Assembly: GCA_041690135.1 (NCBI GenBank)
Contig: JAWLHY010000001.1
Span: forward strand, 1,056,001 to 1,120,000
DNA from: Armatimonadota bacterium
Lineage (GTDB): Bacteria; Armatimonadota; SYMT01
DNA length: 64,000 nt
Reading direction: 5' to 3'
Each line of letters starts with the position of its first letter. The stretch's first letter is position 1. The notes beneath the pieces were generated by a model. It made no database searches, had not been told where the DNA came from, and worked only from the letters and a program-made list of their open reading frames with translations. Shown here piece by piece: positions 20,396 to 30,808 of this stretch. Position numbers and translations under genes: made by a program.

Positions 20396-20995
20396 TTACG
20401 GCGTCCAGCCGGTGTTCCACTGGCTGGGCTTCCACATCCGCCGCTGGAGCCACTTGGCGTGGCCGTCCGCGAAGGCGAAGTTGGTGCCTTCGTTGTGGGT
20501 ATCCAGCAGGCGGCAGTTCGGATTTTTGTTCGCCGGGTTGGCGGGGTCGAAATACGGCACCATGCCCGACCCGTCCAGCGCCCACCAGCCGTTGCCGGTG
20601 CTGTCGCCGGTCACCACCATGTCGGCCGGCCGCTCCACGGCGGCGTCGGAACGGCCGCTGAACCACTGGTTGTAGATGTAGCTGCAGACGGTGTCGCGCT
20701 TGCTGGGGCAGCGGAACACCTGCTGGTTCTTAACATACGGCATGATCTCTCCGCCCCAATAACCGGAGGCGACCGGTTGCCATGCTCCGTTCCAGAACAT
20801 GAGCGGAAACGTCTCATCATAGTCCTGGACATACTGGCGGAAGGCGAGACCGATCTGCTTGTGGTTGTTAAGACAGGAAGACTGCCGGGCAGCCTCTCGG
20901 GCCCGTGCGAAGACGGGGAAGAGGATAGCGGCGAGGATGGCGATAATGGCAATCACCACGAGCAGTTCGATCAGGGTGAACCCTCTTCTTTTCAC
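20396..20995 (-). CDS. DUF1559 / prepilin-type N-terminal cleavage-methylation protein with H-X9-DG motif
   Basis: [56 protein letters not shown]. Confidence 0.92.
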   Translation of the reverse strand: MKRRGFTLIELLVVIAIIAILAAILFPVFARAREAARQSSCLNNHKQIGLAFRQYVQDYDETFPLMFWNGAWQPVASGYWGGEIMPYVKNQQVFRCPSKRDTVCSYIYNQWFSGRSDAAVERPADMVVTGDSTGNGWWALDGSGMVPYFDPANPANKNPNCRLLDTHNEGTNFAFADGHAKWLQRRMWKPSQWNTGWTP

Positions 20996-21217
20996 GACTA
21001 AAATAACTCCCTGCGCCCGGCGAGCAGCACCAGCGCTGCAATCGGGTAATGGATCAGCGGACCAATGGAAGGCATAAGGGCGCATTATCAGTCTATCTCA
21101 CCCCCCTTGTTTGCTCTCAGGAGTGCTTAAGGCAATTCTATGCTGCGGATGCGGGGAACCCGTGGCAAAGTGATTGGGAGCGCCATTGGCGAAGCGCCAG
21201 TACGAGTGAGGAGATCC

Positions 21218-22474
21218 ATGCACAACCCCTCGGTTAGAGAACAAGGTGAGATTATTGAATTGACCGCGTCCCTGGCTCGGGAAGGCTTTTCGGGAACCTC
21301 GGATCGGGAGTATCCGAGTGACCCGGCGTGGGCCGCCCTGCGCGGAACCGGAACGCAGCTCTGGCTGGACACGGGCGATCTCGAAGAGGCGTCCGGCCTG
21401 TGGTGCCGCGAGTTCAGTCATCTCACCACCAACAACACCCTGGTCAACCGCGAAGTTCAGAAGGGACTCTTCGATGATCTGATCCGCGAGACTGGGCTGC
21501 GACTGCGGGACACGACCGACCTGGACCTGGAGCGCCTCACCTGGGAGGTGGGGTTCGTCGTCAACTGCCGGACCGCGCTGCGGCTGGTGGAGGCGTTCGA
21601 CGCCACCGTAAGCGTGGAATTGCACCCGGCCATGGCGGATGACGTGGAGCTTTCCGTCGCTTACGGCCGCCGTTACTACGCGGTGTGTCCGGAGCGGTTC
21701 ATCGTGAAGGTCCCGCTCACGCCGGCAGGCCTTCTGGTGGCTCGGCAGCTCTCTGGCGAGGGCATTCCCGTGAACTTCACGCTCGGCTTCTCCGCACGCC
21801 AGAACGTGCTGGCGGCCGCCTTCAGCCGCCCCGCTTATGTTAACGTGTTCATGGGCCGCCTCAACAGTTTCGTGGCCGATAGCGGGCTGGGCTCCGGCGA
21901 GAACATCGGCGAGAAGACGACCATGGCCACCCAACTCGCCCTGCTGGAAGGCCGCCAGAAGCAGGGCTGGGAGACCCGATTGATCGGGGCGAGCATGCGC
22001 TCCGGCGCGCAGGTGTGGGCGCTGGCGGGCCTCGACGTGTTCACCATGCCGGTGGCGGCGGCTCGCGAGTTCAAAGAGGAGTTCGACGCCCATCCGCGTC
22101 CGCTCGAAAGCCAGGTCGGTCGTGACTTTCCCGTGGAAACTTCCGAGCCCGAGCTGCTGTCCCGGCTCTGGACCCTCGACGAGGGCACGCTCCGGGCGAT
22201 CCAGGCTCTCCAGCGGGCGGACCCAACGGGCTGGCGTGGGGAGGACCTGGTGGCCTTTGTACGGGAGCATGGGACGACGGATTTACTTCCTGCCTGGACC
22301 GCCGCCGAGCGTGAGGAGATCCGGGCACACGGCAAAATCCCGCGCTGGGAGAGCTGGCGGGATGATCTGCAGTGCGGACGCGTGGGGTTGGACGCCCTGA
22401 TGAGCATCAGTGCGCTGGAGTCGTTCGTGAAGGATCAGGCGGCCCTGGATGACCGTATCCGCCGCCTGTTGTGA
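21218..22474 (+). CDS. Transaldolase family protein
   Basis: LWLDTGD, TTNNTL, SVELHP, IVKVPLTPAG, VNFTLGFS, IGASMR; GAGGAG RBS before ATG 21218. Confidence 0.85.
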   Translation: MHNPSVREQGEIIELTASLAREGFSGTSDREYPSDPAWAALRGTGTQLWLDTGDLEEASGLWCREFSHLTTNNTLVNREVQKGLFDDLIRETGLRLRDTTDLDLERLTWEVGFVVNCRTALRLVEAFDATVSVELHPAMADDVELSVAYGRRYYAVCPERFIVKVPLTPAGLLVARQLSGEGIPVNFTLGFSARQNVLAAAFSRPAYVNVFMGRLNSFVADSGLGSGENIGEKTTMATQLALLEGRQKQGWETRLIGASMRSGAQVWALAGLDVFTMPVAAAREFKEEFDAHPRPLESQVGRDFPVETSEPELLSRLWTLDEGTLRAIQALQRADPTGWRGEDLVAFVREHGTTDLLPAWTAAEREEIRAHGKIPRWESWRDDLQCGRVGLDALMSISALESFVKDQAALDDRIRRLL

Positions 22475-22697
22475 GGCTGCTCCGCCCGCGGCCCCCGCAG
22501 AGGTGAGCACGGCTGGGAGACGGCGTGGTTCTCGGCGGCAGTGCGAGGATTTAAACTCGGTGGGTCGCGCCTGGGGATAGGATTCTGGACGGAAGGACCC
22601 ACGAGGAGGCCCCTTCGTCCAGGTTCGGGGCGCGGCCCAGAACCGATGGACCGGTCCGCCTCCCCACCCTCTCTCCCACTTCGGTATCGTTCTCGTT

Positions 22698-23750
22698 ATG
22701 ACCCATCATCCCACCCACTCCCGCCGCCGGTTCCTGCGGGGCATTGCCGGCATCGCCGGCGCCGGCTCACTCTCCCCTCGCACGATGGAAGCCGGCGAGA
22801 TGCCACCCCAGGAGCGCTCCTTTTGGCTCCATGCCTCTCTGGGACTCACCACCCAAAACGGCTACTGGGGCTGGGGCTATCGCGAAACCCGACCCCCCAC
22901 CCCGGAAGAGATCGGCAACGCACTTCAGGTGCTCACCCGGGGTTACCATGCCAACCGCCTTTACCTGATCTACCACCGGGAGATTCCCTCGAACGCGGCG
23001 CGGGAGATGTTCCGGCAGTGGCGCCGGCAGGCCCCGCCGGGGGTGGAGATCGTGCCCACGCTGCTGCTGAAGATGTACGATCCGCAGCAGCGGCCGGTGT
23101 TTGCGTCCGGGGAACTGGCGGGGTGGGTCCGGTTCTTTCGAGAGAAGATCAACCGGCAACGGGTCGCCGTTTACGACATCTATCCAAAGCGGGATCCGGG
23201 TGAAGGGTTGGACCTACTGGCGAGAAGCTACCCCGGAGGCCTGATCCGCGTCGGCCTCCAGCCGGGAGAACCGCTCACTTCACCCTACACGGCGGGTGTA
23301 GAGGACACCTGGAGCGGTTTCTGCCACGGGCGAACGCACGCGGACTGGCTCTCGCTCGGCTTCGGGGCGCAAACGCTGCGGGGCTGGGTGGAGGAGCGCA
23401 ACCGGGGCTCGCTGCCGGTGAGTTGGGACCTCGTCGCCGTGGCCTGGGATTACTCCGTAACGCAGCGGGGAGAGTATCCCGGGTACGATGACGCGGACCG
23501 GAACATGCCCCTCCCCGCCGGCCGTAACCGGTTGGCCGTGAAGGAGATCCGGGCGACTGCGCACCCGGATCGTCTCCTCGGCTTCAGCTCCGACCTCTTC
23601 ATCCTGCACGTGAACTCGCTGAGCCGGAAACACGACGGTCCCGCCGGTTCCCTCTACGAGGTGCTGAAGCGAGGCCACCGTTACCGCGGCTACTACAGCG
23701 CGGCACTGGACGAGATCGGAGAGATCTACGGAGAACGGGCGGCCGATTAA
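22698..23750 (+). CDS. Tat-exported hypothetical protein
   Basis: SRRRFLRG twin-arginine signal; aromatic-rich globular body, no motif recognised. Confidence 0.65.
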   Translation: MTHHPTHSRRRFLRGIAGIAGAGSLSPRTMEAGEMPPQERSFWLHASLGLTTQNGYWGWGYRETRPPTPEEIGNALQVLTRGYHANRLYLIYHREIPSNAAREMFRQWRRQAPPGVEIVPTLLLKMYDPQQRPVFASGELAGWVRFFREKINRQRVAVYDIYPKRDPGEGLDLLARSYPGGLIRVGLQPGEPLTSPYTAGVEDTWSGFCHGRTHADWLSLGFGAQTLRGWVEERNRGSLPVSWDLVAVAWDYSVTQRGEYPGYDDADRNMPLPAGRNRLAVKEIRATAHPDRLLGFSSDLFILHVNSLSRKHDGPAGSLYEVLKRGHRYRGYYSAALDEIGEIYGERAAD

Positions 23751-23799
23751 GACGGGGCCTGCGGCCGATTAAAATCAGGATCGGGAGAGCGGGTCGGCG

Positions 23800-24795
23800 C
23801 TACTTCGTGAAGCGAAGAGACCGGGCCATGCCTTTGAACTCCGGCAGGTACGTCTCCGCCTCCTTCTCTGCGGCCAGGCCCTGCATGAGGAAGTAAGAGC
23901 CTTCCCGGAACAGCATCACCTGGTAGAGGAGCACCGGGTTGCCGGTAGCCGTATTTTTCGCCGTGGCGACCGACTCGAAACCCGAGCAACCGGCGATCTG
24001 CACCGGCTGATGGGACCTGAGGTGCGTCACCTCCGTTTGCGCCGTGGCGTGAAGGCGCTTGCGCGCGAAATCGTTGGGATCGGCGATCGTTACCTGGGAG
24101 AGCGCGGGCGAGGCGATGAACAGCGGATCGTCCGGGTGCTTCGAGGGGATCACCCCGTCCTTCGTGTACATCAGCTCCTTGCCCAGGCCGGGGGTGAGAA
24201 TCAGTTTCTTGGAGCCGACGAGCGCGAACTTCCGGTCCGCGCCGGGGTCCGCCAGCCCGGCCTTCGACCGGCGGGCACTCAGCACGGTCGCTTTCAGGCG
24301 CGCCGAGAGGGCCTTCGCCTCCCCCTCCGGAAAGGCCGCGGTGATCATGAAGGTCTCCTTCGCATCCCCGAACACGGCCATCCACTTGAGGAACCGCATC
24401 CCCCCGGCGCTTTGGGCGATCTTGAGGAGCAGACCCTTCTGTCCCTCGACCTGGATCGCCTCCTTCGCCTGAAGCTCCATCCCGCGCGGCTTCAACTGCT
24501 CCGGCGTGAATCCGGCGGACAGCTTCTCATAAGGTCCGGGGATGCGCATCACCATGACGGACGCCTTCTTTTCGGGCATGCCGAAACCGTGAAAGTTCTC
24601 CGCGCGCGTGAACCCCACCGGCTGCTGGAGTTGAAGCCCGGCAGCGGGGAAAGCGACCAGCTTAGCCTGGGTGACCGCCTTCGAACCCGGCGAGGCCCGG
24701 CTCTTAGCCGCAGCCTTGGTCGGAAGTTGCCGCGCCACTACGGGCAGGACGCCCAGCGGAATGAGCAGGAGTGTCGCCGTCAGCAGCCGTCGCAT
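23800..24795 (-). CDS. Exported hypothetical protein (two similar alpha/beta halves)
   Basis: Signal peptide; recurring I.V.G..G / VQIAG..G pattern. Confidence 0.65.
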   Translation of the reverse strand: MRRLLTATLLLIPLGVLPVVARQLPTKAAAKSRASPGSKAVTQAKLVAFPAAGLQLQQPVGFTRAENFHGFGMPEKKASVMVMRIPGPYEKLSAGFTPEQLKPRGMELQAKEAIQVEGQKGLLLKIAQSAGGMRFLKWMAVFGDAKETFMITAAFPEGEAKALSARLKATVLSARRSKAGLADPGADRKFALVGSKKLILTPGLGKELMYTKDGVIPSKHPDDPLFIASPALSQVTIADPNDFARKRLHATAQTEVTHLRSHQPVQIAGCSGFESVATAKNTATGNPVLLYQVMLFREGSYFLMQGLAAEKEAETYLPEFKGMARSLRFTK

Positions 24796-25202
24796 GATCG
24801 TTCCTTCCGGATAGTGAGAGTTGTCTCGATGCAGTTGAATGCGAGTTCAAAGCGCCCCGGGGTTCCCCGTAAAGCGATAGGGTGGGATTACCCGTAGCGT
24901 GCCCATGCAGGGCGTGGGGGTGGCGGTCTCCATGGGGAGTACCGTATCTGCTCAGGTACTCGCCCCCACCCCATAGTGCGGAGGCGGGTCCTCCGGTCGC
25001 CACGTGCGGGTCAACGGAAACTGACTCTCGGTCTGATCGAAAAAGTTTTTGCGATCTTTAGCAGGCCTGAAGGTGAATTCGCCTGTACCGTCGAAGATGA
25101 AGAAGTCATCAAATGGCGAGAGCGGTGCAACGCGAGCGAATGATGTGTGGCTCGTGCTACGGAGTCTCGTCGAACAAGCTCTTCGATGAAGAGGAGGAAA
25201 CC

Positions 25203-25880
25203 TTGAGACGTCGCGTCACTAAGCGTGGCTTCACGCTGATCGAGTTACTTGTGGTTATCGCCATTATAGCGATTTTGGCTGCCATTCTTTTTCCTGTTTT
25301 CGCCCGTGCCCGAGAGGCCGCTCGTAAGTCGACCTGCCAGAGTAACCTCAAGCAGCTCGCCCTTGGAATCCGCATGTACATGCAGGACTACGACGAGAAA
25401 TTCCCGCGGAAAGGGAACACCGGGTACGATGGCTACGATGAGAACTGGGCGGGGCACGGGGGCTGGGCCAATGCCAACGAGATCGTGCTCGGTGACATCA
25501 TCAACCCCTATACCAAGAACGCGCAAATCTGGGCCTGCCCCAGCGATGTTGGGGTGAACGCCAACCCGCGGGTGGCTGGTCGTCGGTGGTCTTCGTACCA
25601 CTACCGCCACTTCCTCTCGTCGCCGCCCAACTACAACTGGGGCCTGGAGTACACGGACGCCAGCCTTAGCTACCCCGCGTCGATCTTCATGCTGCACGAG
25701 GCCGACTACCAGAATCACGAGAAGGGCGCTGGCCTCAACGCGACCAGCAACTACGCCTTCGCGGACGGCCATGTGAAGGCCATCCAGAACAGTCGCATTC
25801 TGCCCGCCAACGGCGACTACCACTGGCCAAAGAATGGCTGGTATTCGGGTGCCACCCTGGACCCGAATCCCGATTTGTAA
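25203..25880 (+). CDS. DUF1559 / prepilin-type protein with H-X9-DG-like motif
   Basis: [48 protein letters not shown]; GAGGAGG RBS before TTG 25203. Confidence 0.9.
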   Translation: MRRRVTKRGFTLIELLVVIAIIAILAAILFPVFARAREAARKSTCQSNLKQLALGIRMYMQDYDEKFPRKGNTGYDGYDENWAGHGGWANANEIVLGDIINPYTKNAQIWACPSDVGVNANPRVAGRRWSSYHYRHFLSSPPNYNWGLEYTDASLSYPASIFMLHEADYQNHEKGAGLNATSNYAFADGHVKAIQNSRILPANGDYHWPKNGWYSGATLDPNPDL

Positions 25881-25963
25881 GTGCCGAAACCGCGGTGGGT
25901 CCGGCTCAGTGTCGGGCCCTTCCGAAAGCAATGGAAGCAATCTGGCTTGAATTGGAGAACTGA

Positions 25964-26140
25964 ATGCGCTGGGTGTTGCCTTTGATAGCCGTGGGAGCGT
26001 TGCTCATCCCGGGATGTGGACCGAAGCAGGATGCGAACTCCAAAGTGACGGCGCCACCGCCCGTCACAGGGGTTACGGAGAGTACGCCGGCCGCTCCCCA
26101 GAAGAGCAGCGGTGATCGGCTGCTGAAACCCGGGGGATAG
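25964..26140 (+). CDS. Small lipoprotein (58 aa), not in the ORF track
   Basis: MRWVLPLIAVGALLIPGCGPKQ... hydrophobic signal plus lipobox Cys18; GGAG RBS; follows the DUF1559 gene. Confidence 0.7.
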   Translation: MRWVLPLIAVGALLIPGCGPKQDANSKVTAPPPVTGVTESTPAAPQKSSGDRLLKPGG

Positions 26141-26175
26141 TCCGGCTACGCTGCCCAAACAAACACCAGGGTAAG

Positions 26176-26205
26176 ACGGCCCGGTTGGTTCGCCAACCGG
26201 GCCGT
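26176..26205. terminator. Terminator hairpin with UUCG loop
   Basis: 13-bp perfect stem ACGGCCCGGTTGG-TTCG-CCAACCGGGCCGT between convergent genes. Confidence 0.75.
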
Positions 26206-26276
26206 TCACGTTTCATATCTCCCTATTCGCCCGCTTCTACCCCTGCTAGCGCCCCATCCGCGCCGACGAGCTTCGC

Positions 26277-26921
26277 TCAACCGGCCTCGGGCGTAGCGCA
26301 CCGCTGGTTCCGCCAGTCCTCCCGCGTGATCTCAAAGGCACGGGACTCGGTCCCCTCCGGGGCTCCCGGGAACCCGGCCTCGAACCCGTGGAACCGGAAG
26401 CCGACCTTTTCCAGGACCCGCGCCGAGGCGTGGTTCTCCAGGTGGCAGCCGGATACGATCCTTTCCAGGCCCAGAACCTCGAAGCCGAAGCGCAGCATCT
26501 CCCGGGCCGCCTCTGTGGCGTATCCCTTTCCCCAGCAGTCCCGCCGCAACTCGAACCCCAGGTAGCCCAGCGGGTAGTCCGGCAGGCCGGAGGAGAGATC
26601 GATCTCGCCAATGATCATGCGCCGCTCCGCCGGTACGATTCCGAGATTATAGTACTGGCGCGGCTGCCGCTCCTGCTGCAGGCAGTAGTGGTCCACGAGG
26701 TCGCGGACTTCCGCGGGACTGTAGGGTTCGGTCCGCGCCGTGTATCGCAGCACCTCCGGATCGCTCCGGTACACAAAAATCGCCCGCCAGTCCTCCGGCA
26801 CCAGGTCCCGCAGGACCAGCCGCTCCGTTTCCAAAACGATCGGCGCCGGAGCCACCGGTACTTCCGGCGCTGCGATCCACTTGCCGAGGAAGGTACCGAG
26901 TTTTGAGAACCAGGTAAACAT
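26277..26921 (-). CDS. GNAT N-acetyltransferase (RimJ/RimL family)
   Basis: LETERLVLR, WGKGYATEAA, N.ASARVLEKVGF. Confidence 0.92.
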   Translation of the reverse strand: MFTWFSKLGTFLGKWIAAPEVPVAPAPIVLETERLVLRDLVPEDWRAIFVYRSDPEVLRYTARTEPYSPAEVRDLVDHYCLQQERQPRQYYNLGIVPAERRMIIGEIDLSSGLPDYPLGYLGFELRRDCWGKGYATEAAREMLRFGFEVLGLERIVSGCHLENHASARVLEKVGFRFHGFEAGFPGAPEGTESRAFEITREDWRNQRCATPEAG

Positions 26922-27162
26922 GGGTGTGGGAGTGTGGGAGTGTGGAACGCGGCTGGTTTCCTCCCCCATTCGTTTCATTTGCCCCATTCGCGGATCATCA
27001 CCTGCCCGACCGCCTGAAAGCCTGAAAGTTTACCCCCACAGGGGGGCCTGAACACCTGAATGGGTCTTCCCATCTCTCGCGGGATTTGCTATACTCCGCT
27101 CGTTGGCTTCCCCGCCGGAGTCCCCACCCGGCATTTGCGACGGCCGACCCATAACCGAAGAA

Positions 27163-27236
27163 CGGGGCGTGGCGCAGCTTGGTAGCGCACCAGTATGGGG
27201 TACTGGGGGTCGCAGGTTCGAATCCTGTCGCCCCGA
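27163..27236 (+). tRNA. tRNA-Pro(GGG)
   Basis: Full cloverleaf: acceptor CGGGGCG/CGCCCCG, D arm GCGC, anticodon stem CCAGT/ACTGG with loop ATGGGGT, T loop TTCGAAT; CCA not encoded. Confidence 0.95.
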
Positions 27237-27241
27237 CTTGA

Positions 27242-27267
27242 GGCCGAGGGAGAAATCCCTCGGCCTT
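27242..27267 (+). terminator. tRNA terminator hairpin
   Basis: GGCCGAGGGA-GAAA-TCCCTCGGCC followed by a T-rich tail. Confidence 0.7.
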
Positions 27268-27294
27268 GTTGGTTTCTGCTCTGGGTCGGCTGGC

Positions 27295-27666
27295 ATGAGG
27301 TCGCGGTTGATCGTCACCTCTTCCTCTACGGCAGCTGCGGCGGCCGGGGCCGTCCCCATCCCGTTCTCCGACGTGGGGGTGCTGATCCTGATCCAGGTAG
27401 GAATGCTCGCCGGCATCAGCCAGGTGTTCGGGCTTCCCCTTTCCCAGAGCCTTCTCGCCACCCTGGTGAGCAGTACGCAGGGTTGGACCTCCACCACGGT
27501 AGCCGGCCGGCCTCTTGTCGCGCAACTCCTCAAGTTCGTGCCGGGGGATAGCAGCCTGGTGGGAGGCCTCATCGCCGGAACGACCGCTGCCGGCCTTGAC
27601 CGCCGCACTGGGCGAGGCGTACATCGCAACCCTCGTTCGAGCGGTCGAGTGCGACGCGTTCGCTAG
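27295..27666 (+). pseudogene. DUF697/YcjF-like membrane protein remnant, frameshifted
   Basis: AAAAAGAVPIPFSD..L..IQVGMLAGIS.VFG...LLKFVPG..GGLIAG; TAALGEAYIATL continues in another frame after about 27597; N-terminal GTPase part absent. Confidence 0.65.
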
Positions 27667-27797
27667 GGTGTCCCCGCCGATCCAGCCGTAGCCCAGCACT
27701 TTGGCAATCGGCATTCAGCTCTGCCCGTCGTTCCTCGGATGCTGAGAGTACCTGGCATCCGGGAACGTCGGGCAGGGCTTCTACTGCAGGACTTCTA

Positions 27798-29471
27798 CTA
27801 AGGATAAGGGTTTCTGCAGAACCCACAGCAACTCACGCCATTGATTTGAGTGGCCCACGTGGCCACCGATCCCTGACAGTGGTAGCAGATGGCAACGCTG
27901 GAAGCTGCTGCTGAACTGGCGGCGGATGATACCCTGGGGCGAGGAGAGCGGGAAGGTGGCTTATGGCCCGTGCTTTTTGCCGCTTCTCCAAGACCGGCCG
28001 GCGGAGTAAACTTCGGATCCAGTTGTTTGCGTTCGAAGAAAACCTTGCCCTGAGCTTTCTCGATAGCCTTGAGGAGGGCGCCATCGAAGCCTACGAGTTC
28101 GCACACCACCGGTGAATTGGCCATCAGCAGCCCGAACCGCTCAAAGTGACCGGTGGCCTGTGCGTGCCGTATCGTCTCCAGGGCCGGACGGATCGCCTCC
28201 CTTTCCTTCCGGGCTTGCTCCTGTCCCTGAAGCATCGCTTCCTCAAGTAAGACGGTGTAGAAGTCGGGCCAGAACCACCAGCGGAAAGTCGATTTCCGCC
28301 GTTCCACCTGCTGCTTCAGATCCTCTACGCTTCTACACATCCGGCGGTAGGGTGCGCGGATGTAATCCTGTACATCCTCAAGCCTGTGTTCGAAGCTCTT
28401 GCCGAAGGTGTGCAGCGCCGTCTCCAGACCAGCAACCGCCTGGCGTAGTGGCTTCTGCTTCCACTCTTCGGCAATTGCCCCTCCTACCATCGCACCGGCA
28501 ATCCCGCCGCCAACCGCGCCGACGAGTGCTCCTACCGGACCAAACACGCCGCCAATGAGACCGCCAATCTTACCACCAGCCACTACCCCGGTCCCACGGC
28601 CCACGGACTCCATAACGGTATGAACCGCCGCACGCTTCGGGTCCTTGCCGGCACGTACAGCCTGAACGTTGCGATACGTGGCGAAACCGATGGTGATCCA
28701 GGGGATGTGGTGCGTGAGTGAATGGAGAGCGGACTCTCCCTTGGCACTGAGCACCCCCTGCTTCAGCGCTTCCTTCGCGCCGCTGTGGCTGAACCCGGCG
28801 ACCCGTGCGATATTTCCCCCCACAGTGCCGTGAGCATCCTCTGGAACCAGGTAAGTGACGTCCGGGTGGATCAGAGCCTGGGCCTTGACCGCAGCCAATT
28901 GACTCACCGTCTTCACGTTCGCCATCTGGCCGTCCACCAGCAGATCCCAGATGGGTTGCGCAGCTGACCCGGCCACCTCGACGGTGTGTCCCTGGGATGT
29001 CAGAATATCCGCAACCTGTTGCTCGCCGACATAGCCGAGAAGCCGGTTGAGAAAGCCCTCCTTCGCCACTGCCGGTAGGCTGTCGTAGTAGTGGTGGATG
29101 TAGTGAGCGAAGTCGAGGCCGTTGGCGATGTGTTGGCCCGACGCAAAAGCTGCGGCTTTGATCACGGACGGATCCACGGTGGCCCAGCTCCAGAGGAATT
29201 CGGCGGCCGTTACCGTGCCATAGGTTGCCAGCTCTGCCTGGGTGACCCTGTCCTTCGTAAGAGCCTCCATCTGGTGGAGTATGCCCTGGGCTTCTCCTGC
29301 GTCAGGCTTGATCCGCTGGCGGGCGATGGCCCGAAAACTGGAAACACGAAACTCCTTCACCGCAGCGTGCAGTAGGAAAACACCCACTCCCGAACCACAG
29401 GTCCAGAGGAGGGGCGATTGGAGCAGTTGGTCCACGTGGTTGTCTCCGGAATTCGCTTCTCCCTTCACCAA
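27798..29471 (-). CDS. Hypothetical membrane protein with glycine-zipper region and possible PD-(D/E)xK-like segment
   Basis: GYVGEQ...QPIWDLLVDG..ANVKT; GG.IGG.IGG.FGPVGA.VGA.GGG.AG; C-terminal CxxC...CCxxC. Confidence 0.6.
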   Translation of the reverse strand: MVKGEANSGDNHVDQLLQSPLLWTCGSGVGVFLLHAAVKEFRVSSFRAIARQRIKPDAGEAQGILHQMEALTKDRVTQAELATYGTVTAAEFLWSWATVDPSVIKAAAFASGQHIANGLDFAHYIHHYYDSLPAVAKEGFLNRLLGYVGEQQVADILTSQGHTVEVAGSAAQPIWDLLVDGQMANVKTVSQLAAVKAQALIHPDVTYLVPEDAHGTVGGNIARVAGFSHSGAKEALKQGVLSAKGESALHSLTHHIPWITIGFATYRNVQAVRAGKDPKRAAVHTVMESVGRGTGVVAGGKIGGLIGGVFGPVGALVGAVGGGIAGAMVGGAIAEEWKQKPLRQAVAGLETALHTFGKSFEHRLEDVQDYIRAPYRRMCRSVEDLKQQVERRKSTFRWWFWPDFYTVLLEEAMLQGQEQARKEREAIRPALETIRHAQATGHFERFGLLMANSPVVCELVGFDGALLKAIEKAQGKVFFERKQLDPKFTPPAGLGEAAKSTGHKPPSRSPRPRVSSAASSAAASSVAICYHCQGSVATWATQINGVSCCGFCRNPYP

Positions 29472-29656
29472 ACGATGAAGGTGTATTCTCGGTTTTGTGC
29501 GCAGGCCTGGTGCAGGAGCGTGGGACCCTACCAGGTTTCCCTCTCCCCCAAGCGGTGTTGTGGCTGACTTACGAAGTATGCAAGGGATGTAGGGGGCGAA
29601 GAACCGCGTCTTCTGCCTGGGGTGTTGCGGGTTATTCGCGGGTTTTACGTGCGTGT

Positions 29657-30376
29657 CTAATCACCTTTTGTCCCCCGCTCCACCAGTCGGAGTTGGTTCG
29701 TACCGCCAGAGCTGCCCTTCTGCCTCCGGTCTCGCAATCGGATCAGGCCGAACAGCGCCAGAACAGGAGCGAAGAGAAGTGCTGCGTGTGGTTCCGGAAC
29801 CGCCGGTGCTTCACTACGGACGAGGGTGACGTCGTCGAGCAAGAGGCCGTTGTTGTCCGCGCCGATGTGATCAAACACGAGCTTCGCCGTGCCGGCCGCC
29901 GCCACGTGGATGTTTCGCGTGAACAGGGCGAAGGGGTCCGTGTCGTTTCGAGTGAAGCTCTCCGAGAAGTGGGATCCAAGGGATATGGTGACGGAATTCG
30001 GGCCGCCAGTCTCGCGCTGGGACCCGGCGAGCCGGAAGGAAAACTGGTAGGTACCGGGGTTCAAGGAGAGGTCGGCGGACTCGAAGCGACCCGCTGAGCC
30101 AGCGTCTGTGCCGTCCAAGTCGATGTAGTTTCCATTGCCGGGCAGTGGATCGTACCAGCCGGGTCCAATCACATCGATGCTCCCCCGGGTCACCGTGAAG
30201 CCGCCAAAAGTAGTCCCTACTGCGAGGTAGTAAAACCCTCGGGTCCCCAGTGGCTCGGCATCAAAGTTCTGGCTGATGAGGGTCTGTGCGGAGGCGGGCG
30301 TCGCTCCGCCAGCGGCCAGCAGGCCGAGCGCGGTCAACGTGGCCCGGACAAAGACTGCTTTCGGGAATGAGTTCAT
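29657..30376 (-). CDS. PEP-CTERM sorting-domain surface protein (DUF642-like beta-sandwich)
   Basis: Signal peptide; GSIDVIG, YIDLDG, LLDDVTL; VPEP + hydrophobic helix + RLRDRR. Confidence 0.82.
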   Translation of the reverse strand: MNSFPKAVFVRATLTALGLLAAGGATPASAQTLISQNFDAEPLGTRGFYYLAVGTTFGGFTVTRGSIDVIGPGWYDPLPGNGNYIDLDGTDAGSAGRFESADLSLNPGTYQFSFRLAGSQRETGGPNSVTISLGSHFSESFTRNDTDPFALFTRNIHVAAAGTAKLVFDHIGADNNGLLLDDVTLVRSEAPAVPEPHAALLFAPVLALFGLIRLRDRRQKGSSGGTNQLRLVERGTKGD

Positions 30377-30688
30377 TTCGCGGGTTCCGTAGGTGCTAAT
30401 GCCGTCAGTGCGAGCTCGGCAGCGCGGTGCCACGGTCCCTTTCGCTCCTGTCATCTTTGGACCGGTTCCCCATCCCCGCCCCCTGTTGCGAAGGGACCAG
30501 AGGGTCATTGCACGCCTTACAATCTGGTTCCCCACTGGTGGAAGGTTTCCCTCCACAAAATGCATACGCCCGGTCGTTGCACTGCAATCAGGTGGCGGCA
30601 ATCCGCGCCGAGAACCGCTATACTACCAGTGACCGACCGCTGTCTCGGCGGCGGGTGGTCAACGGTATAGCTCTTGAGAGACGTTTTC

Positions 30689-30808
30689 CGTGGCGCAGCT
30701 TGGTAGGGCAGCCCTGCGCGACAGCGCAGGGTCAGGGCCGGAGACGAAGGATCCGGCCCGTGCTGTATGGGTTACTGGGGGTCGCAGGTTCGAATCCTGT
30801 CGCCCCGA
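30689..30808 (+). pseudogene. Degenerate tRNA-Pro copy with a net 51-nt insertion
   Basis: The 18-bp D-arm piece (= 27168-27185) and the whole 3' half are retained, separated by two GC hairpins; the 5' acceptor strand is lost. Confidence 0.75.

Noticed and set aside
26924-27061. Short octamer repeats (GTGTGGGA x3; CCTGAAAG/CCTGAACA) and similar tracts near 12995 and 20200
   Set aside because: Only 2-4 degenerate units in intergenic DNA; no function can be supported from the sequence
27103-27294. N-terminal part of the 187-aa ORF
   Set aside because: Reads through the tRNA-Pro gene and its terminator; only the part from 27295 is protein-like
30689-30808. Functional intron-containing tRNA, tmRNA or tRNA-Sec
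   Set aside because: The 5' acceptor strand cannot pair, the anticodon stem is mismatched, and the insert is too short for a group I intron and is not in the anticodon loop or variable arm
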